Assembly: GCA_031216635.1 (NCBI GenBank)
Contig: CM062274.1
Coordinates: 26,484,913-26,548,912 of the forward strand
Direction of reading: 5' to 3'
Origin: Dissostichus eleginoides
Lineage: Eukaryota
Length of the DNA stretch: 64,000 nt
The stretch's first letter is position 1. Every line of letters begins with the position of its first letter. Positions 59,401-64,000 of the stretch are shown in pieces. Made by a program: the position numbers and the translations under genes. The notes under the pieces were generated by a model. It saw only the letters and a program-made list of their open reading frames with translations, had not been told where the DNA came from and ran no database searches.

Positions 59401-60212
59401 TAAATATATAAAATGAAAGACTAATATACATTTCTGGCTGGCTTCACAAGATTTTCTTTAACATTAAAACATGTATTGCACTTACTTATAATTGACATTT
59501 AAATGCTTACAATAGGTCATCCAGAGTTAAAGTTATTTTGGCCAAATGAAAATAAAAAGGAACCAGGGAAATTAATAAACGAGGCATGTTGTTAGGATAA
59601 ATCCATTACACAAATGTGTAAAATCTCATAGGCTATCAAAGTTATACATTTTCGGCATGTTTTATAGTACAATAAAAAAATCCTGATGTTTAAGAGCAAA
59701 GACAGTTCAACTTATTTTCAAAACAGTGTCTTTACCTTGAAATCTTTATTCAAATAAGCATAATTGACATCCCAAGCCTGCTTATATCCAAAGGACAGTG
59801 TAGTTTCAAATAGCCTGCACTATCATACAACAACGCATTTTGAAATACTGTCTACAACAAAGGGCGCCAAAGATGGCTATGCTAAATACTTTACTGTCAG
59901 TTGTGGAAGGCTCATTTGCTTCTTGACATTATTTCTGGCAATAATACAGTATCAACTAAAATGTTAACCACGATTTGTCATTTGTGCAGTTATTAACCGC
60001 TTACAGTAGATATTAGCTAAGTTAACGCTAGATATGTAGCCAGCTAGCTAGCTAGCTTACTTTGCATGCTAACTTGTTGTCCAACCGATTCAAATAATGT
60101 AAAGCTTGCTGGAGAGGTGCAGCATAAAATACACAATTACATTACCTTTTAATGCTGCAGTTGCTATAGGATCCATGCCCGGATATGTGATATCTCTTCC
60201 ATTTTCATCCAT
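56437..60212 (-). CDS. Spliced gene of unknown product (SAM-domain-like N-terminus; C-terminal domain unrecognised)
   Basis: Minus-strand exons have canonical junctions. e1 is 60146-60212 (Kozak gccATGG; MDENGRDITYPGMDPIATAALK). e2 is 59213-59337 (AANISRDMLPSLSKEDLRDLLPGPEHFFRRRTIWRLTHDENE). A candidate e3 is 58532-58788 (TELEQSRRTFSEKQRAGEEGDYVLSKDLRCLRLIRNTVTSMISIKRAAGDDFNYPCSRELTVMAKHLIEYYPMLRDRSQTSRAEW); its phase relative to e2 and e4 is unresolved. e4 is 57659-57876 (...ETESPQTQARHYKTLQAIYKTKARPNKMDVAQLLDLEIQARRAFIDSDVTKEQDRPSTILKAYPCFGELDH). e5 is 57040-57184 (LMDELRRVLNQGNSHFLTELKTRWGTFCERAQFYGVFKKLMRPPQLDK). e6 is 56855-56964 (VKHSIAMMKALPEMFPSPMAPPKKLRHASEAVLHVLE). e7 is 56437-56748 (SAEDPNTFLQTRPLSSPVVIICETNCILAIGTMPVLIFPKEDIHESVMYLMACYYTFHLTYPKCIATLLSVVQTEVLLDAIHDRDMTTSYKKAMADWKKFISD*). 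e4 through e7 are phase-consistent (0,0,1,0). Confidence 0.6.
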
Positions 60213-60317
60213 GGCGTAGTTAAATGTGAAATCACTTGCGGAGGTTCAGTCTTCTGCCTGAAGGAAAGCTAGCCAACAACGTCCTGAAGCTAGTTGCACC
60301 TGACCTAACACACGCCC

Positions 60318-61286
60318 TTAAAGTGCCAGTGAAGTGCATTTTTTTGCGCCAAAGTGAAATGGCAGTTTCATTTCTTACATATAATTGTACCTGTTCATGG
60401 CTAAAATAATTTTTTAGGAAGTGCGAGGGACGAGATAAACATCGCAAATTTTTCAGAGTCTGAGCCTACCGCTGCTGCAGACGATAGCGGCTGTGACGTC
60501 ACAAGATGGGCCCAGTTGTGATTGTAAACATGGCGGAGCCTTCGGAAAGTGATACTGGTGCGAGAGAAATGAGTGATTTTGACAGCTTTCGGACAGGATA
60601 GATGAGGAAAGTGGCCATGGAAGTCAATTTAGTTGAGGACAATATTTTGTCATAGATCTAGAGTAGATCTACACACAGGATTGGCCGTCACCTGATCATA
60701 CATTCATCTGTTCATAGCATGATGCAACATTCATGTTCACATGCAGTGTTGTGCTAGTTACTGAAAACCAGTAAGTAGTTACAATTACTAGTTACTTCAC
60801 TACTTACACCAAAAAGTAATGCGTTACTGTGAAAATAACTTCTTAGTTACTTAGAAAAGGGCACCCATTAATGCCCTTATACTGTAGCCTTCATTTCAGT
60901 ACTGTTATTGCATCGGAGAATAATACAACCTGTTGATCAACTTGACATGCATTTGCATCACTGAACTCTGCTAAGCATGTGGTCTATACAAACACAAACA
61001 CAAAGATATGTTTCAAAGTGCCAATCCAGCCGCTGTTGCTTAGGTGGAGGTGGAATGGCGTCGGATGAGTCTGGATCTGTGGTCTTAGCTACTAGCTTCG
61101 CTACTAGCTTCGTCCCAGCATGTTTTTTCTGCAGATGTTTCAACAGATTTTAATTGCTGTTTTGGGCAGTCGATAGGATCTTTGACCCGCCAAGACACAA
61201 CTTACATTTAACTAAAACCTTCTTTTCTTTGTGCTCGACAAAAGTGAAATAGTGAGAATATCTCCAGGCGGAGAAACTCGACTTGA
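60318..61286 (+). repeat. Direct repeat copy 1 (about 970 bp) containing a CRE (TGACGTCA at 60495), a CCAAT-like motif and GC-rich promoter-like sequence
   Basis: Near-identical to 63030-64000 (offset 2712-2714 bp). It contains gctgtgacgtcacaagatgggcccagttgtgattgtaaacatggcggag. Confidence 0.85.
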
Positions 61287-61391
61287 GCTCTGCCGCCGCC
61301 ATGATAGTCTTGTTAGTTAACACAAACACAGTGGCGTTTATTTTTCATAAACAATCTACGAATCTACGAAACAATGACACCAGCCACTCAC

Positions 61392-61509
61392 CTTCATCTT
61401 TTGGGAACAGAAACATCGCCACTTCGGCAGACTTCACATTACCACAGCCAGCGGCAATGCATCGCTTCCCGTGTGTTTTTCCTCCCTTTTTCGTCACTGT
61501 CGCCTCCAT
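61392..61509 (-). CDS. THAP-type zinc-finger domain, first coding exon
   Basis: MEATVTKKGGKTHGKRCIAAGCGNVKSAEVAMFLFPKDE|gtgagtgg. C-X4-C...F.FPKD is the N-terminal half of the THAP C2CH module (consensus C.A.GC.N......FH.FP.D). A strong GT donor follows at phase 1. A possible second exon lies at 60990-61120 (...KQQRLDWHFETY...CIDH). Confidence 0.5.
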
Positions 61510-61639
61510 TGTCAGCTTTTCTCGATTGGCAATCACTTCCAGTCGACTGCGAAACACTTTCCAATCAAATACTCGCTCAAAAACGTTGGTAAATTCGACT
61601 TTGAAATAGAGACAAAATGAATGGTGGTGAATGTAAACA

Positions 61640-61730
61640 CTTCGGCTTGGCCCATCTTCTGACGTCACGCAGTAGATCGCAAGCCACGCCCACGAAGGCG
61701 GAGGTCGACTGCGAATTTCCCAGCGGAAAA
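61640..61730. promoter_or_regulatory. Putative bidirectional promoter between the divergent THAP(-) and ZnF(+) exons
   Basis: A CRE ttctgacgtcacgc, a GC-box gccacgccc and an E2F-like tttcccagcggaaaa, with CCAAT (attgg) boxes at 61480-61545. Confidence 0.35.
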
Positions 61731-62032
61731 TTCAAACTCGTCAAATTCGTTGCTATTCCAACATCTTTGATATGGGTTCCAATGGACAATTTTGGTCATT
61801 ACTATACGTATTAGCATAAAAGATCATGCACCGTCGCACACTTCAGTGGGTCTTTAACGGACCCTCTTCGCGGTTCCCATTGGAAGATACCATTTCTTAA
61901 AGAGGGGTGACAGAGATATTGTATATGTTGCAAATATTAGGAATATTAATAACTGATGCGGTCATAGGTAACATTTCAAACATCTGTTTCTAGATGCACA
62001 TCATTCCACAAGTTATTCCCAGGCATTATGAG

Positions 62033-62064
<32 letters not shown>

Positions 62065-62196
62065 GAACATGACTCACCGGCCTCCCCCATACAGCTAGAG
62101 AATGTGATAAACCCACTTCATTAGTTCTTTTCCCCAACGTTTACATGGCCTGGTGCAGAAACGTTTTAATAACTTTAACTTTTGGAAGATTTCACG

Positions 62197-62469
62197 ATGC
62201 TTTGGCGGTGCGTTATCTGCTGCGTTTTTATAACTTTTTCACTGAAATTATTATTGAGCCATATTAATCGACTGCACAGTCGCAGCCATGACTTCAGGTT
62301 GCTCTGTGGCATTGATGGATGCACTGAGGAATATAGAGTGTACAACTCATTCTACCATCATGTAAAGAGAGACACTTTCAACATCTTCTTGAAGACACCA
62401 GACCTGGCGACGCAACACGTGGAGATGAAAACCGACAGGAGGAAACCCAAGCACCGCAGCAAAAAGTAA
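62197..62469 (+). CDS. C2H2-like zinc-finger-containing first coding exon (head-to-head with the THAP exon)
   Basis: MLWRCVICCVFITFSLKLLLSHINRLHSRSHDFRLLCGIDGCTEEYRVYNSFYHHVKRD...KHRSKK. It has C-X2-C-X13-H-X4-H and C-X4-C-X12-HH arrangements. The ORF's stop overlaps a consensus donor AAAAAG|GTAAGT at 62466, so it likely continues by splicing. Confidence 0.4.
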   Translation: MLWRCVICCVFITFSLKLLLSHINRLHSRSHDFRLLCGIDGCTEEYRVYNSFYHHVKRDTFNIFLKTPDLATQHVEMKTDRRKPKHRSKK

Positions 62470-63029
62470 GTAACGTCTGCTAAGATTGTTAGCTACAGTA
62501 GTTGGGCCACGTGCTTAAAAAACTCGGATACAGGGTTAGTTTTGTAAGTTTGTGATGTTACAGGTAGCGTTAGCCAATACTGATCAGCCACATTTAGTTA
62601 TTATAAACACATTAGCATTAACTAATCAGTATGCTAGGCTACAAGCAGGCGGCATCTGTCAACCATATATTTTTAATTCAGCAGTTAGCTATGTAGTGTT
62701 TTTGTGGGGATGAAAAAACCGTTAAAAAATATGCATTACGTTGGTAACGTTTGGCCACACTTACTAAAAAAGTAAATCACAAAAATGATGGTTTTCCACT
62801 TTTCACTCTGCAAGGTGCATGCATCACTGTCAGGATCTGCACATGATTTGTTGAATTCACAGTTTTAACAAATCAGAAATAAATCCCAAATTCTTTACCC
62901 ACTATTAAACTTAAAACAAAAAAATACATTTTCAGATTTGTTTAGAAAAAAAAGTTTCATGGTTTTGTTTTCTGGACTGAAAATATGTAATAAAGAGTGT
63001 TACCCAGACAATGGACAAAGTGCTACTAC

Positions 63030-64000
63030 TTAAAGTGCCAGTGAAGTGCATTTTTTTGCGCCAAAGTGAAATGGCAGTTTCATTTCTTACATATAATTGT
63101 ACCTGTTCATGGCTAAAATAATTTTTTAGGAAGTGCGAGGGACGAGATAAACATCGCAAATTTTTCAGAGTCTGAGCCTACCGCTGCTGCAGACGATAGC
63201 GGCTGTGACGTCACAAGATGGGCCCAGTTGTGATTGTAAACATGGCGGAGCCTTCGGAAAGTGATACTGGTGCGAGAGAAATGAGTGATTTTGACAGCTT
63301 TTCGGACAGGATAGATGAGGAAAGTGGCCATGGAAGTCAATTTAGTTGAGGACAATATTTTGTCATAGATCTAGAGTAGATCTACACACAGGATTGGCCG
63401 TCACCTGATCATACATTCATCTGTTCATAGCATGATGCAACATTCATGTTCACATGCAGTGTTGTGCTAGTTACTGAAAACCAGTAAGTAGTTACAATTA
63501 CTAGTTACTTCACTACTTACACCAAAAAGTAATGCGTTACTGTGAAAAGTAACTTCTTAGTTACTTAGAAAAGGGCACCCATTAATGCCCTTATACTGTA
63601 GCCTTCATTTCAGTACTGTTATTGCATCGAGAATAATACAACCTGTTGATCAACTTGACATGCATTTGCATCACTGAACTCTGCTAAGCAATGTGGTCTA
63701 TACAAACACAAACACAAAGATATGTTTCAAAGTGCCAATCCAGCCGCTGTTGCTTAGGTGGAGGTGGAATGGCGTCGGATGAGTCTGGGTCTGTGGTCTT
63801 AGCTACTAGCTTCGCTACTAGCTTCGTCCCAGCATGTTTTTTCTGCAGATGTTTCAACAGATTTTAATTGCTGTTTTGGGCAGTCGATAGGATCTTTGAC
63901 CCGCCAAGACACAACTTACATTTAACTAAAACCTTCTTTTCTTTGTGCTCGACAAAAGTGAAATAGTGAGAATATCTCCAGGCGGAGAAACTCGACTTGA
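63030..64000 (+). repeat. Direct repeat copy 2 (runs to the window end)
   Basis: Matches 60318-61286 base for base, including the CRE at 63207 and the minus-strand ORF MRCLSRPSHFLKNYFSHEQVQLYVRNETAISLWRKKMHFTG. Confidence 0.85.

Noticed and set aside
60232-60447. ORF MRCLSRPSHFLKNYFSHEQVQLYVRNETAISLWRKKMHFTG, duplicated at 62932
   Set aside because: It lies inside the 970-bp direct repeat, which looks like a promoter or repeat. There are no splice signals or domain, and the duplication only reflects the repeat.
62182-62469. ORF-track start MEDFTM... at 62182
   Set aside because: The track appears to allow TTG starts. The first ATG is at 62197 (MLWRC...). The same applies to 10431/10449 and 16824/16845.
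1-64000. Prokaryotic-style content (CRISPR arrays, operons, defence islands) suggested by the task framing
   Set aside because: The sequence has canonical GT/AG introns, SINE/LINE/LTR repeats and microsatellites, with no Shine-Dalgarno or operon structure. The regular repeats at 37040-37320 are an in-frame coding VNTR, not spacer-repeat units.

Overview
This window is vertebrate, almost certainly teleost-fish, nuclear DNA; it is not prokaryotic. The evidence is spliced genes with GT/AG introns, tRNA-derived SINEs carrying the fish 'gtaagtcgctttggataaaagc' tail, L1/L2-like LINE and Tc1 fragments, LTR-retrotransposon remnants and (GT)n microsatellites.

The dominant content, from about 6 kb to 55 kb on the + strand, is a tandem array of paralogous type-II C-type lectin genes of the CD209/DC-SIGN-like (CLEC4-like) kind. 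Each gene has six exons: cytoplasmic tail, transmembrane anchor, a coiled-coil neck built from an 18-aa (54-nt) NLT-containing repeat, and three exons of carbohydrate-recognition domain (WIGL..., EPN/WND). Two gene subtypes alternate: type A ends in an EPN terminal exon, type B in a 'TPDNGGG' terminal exon.

Only the first gene (10449-12596) has an intact reading frame. Copy 2 has an in-frame 18-nt deletion in the neck. Copies 3, 4 and 5 each carry a single frameshifting indel, copy 6 is truncated after exon 3, and orphan exon-5 and exon-6 fragments are scattered through the array. The array grew by nested, very recent tandem duplications (units of about 5.3 kb and 11 kb, near identity). These duplications carried along LINE RT fragments, a PARP catalytic-exon fragment, SINEs and a retroviral-integrase remnant.

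Other elements: an internally deleted LTR retrotransposon (2026-6057) with a PBS complementary to tRNA-Pro, a gag zinc knuckle, a DTAA protease, a PPT and a 5-bp GTTTT target-site duplication. Two different non-autonomous TIR elements are flanked by TTAA duplications (21169-22362 and 53206-54046). A roughly 550-bp near-perfect foldback palindrome lies at 55878-56426.

The 3' 8 kb is different. It holds a spliced minus-strand gene of unknown product (56437-60212; SAM-like N-terminus, phase-consistent C-terminal exons). Next to it is a head-to-head pair: a THAP-type zinc-finger first exon on the minus strand and a C2H2-like exon on the plus strand. The pair is flanked by about 970-bp direct repeats containing CRE and CCAAT elements; the second repeat runs off the window end.

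No CRISPR array, operon or prokaryotic defence architecture is present. The biology worth following up is the polymorphism-prone lectin array: neck VNTR, promoter ETS-motif copy number, cytoplasmic tyrosine-motif gain and loss, EPN-to-TPD switching and serial pseudogenisation.
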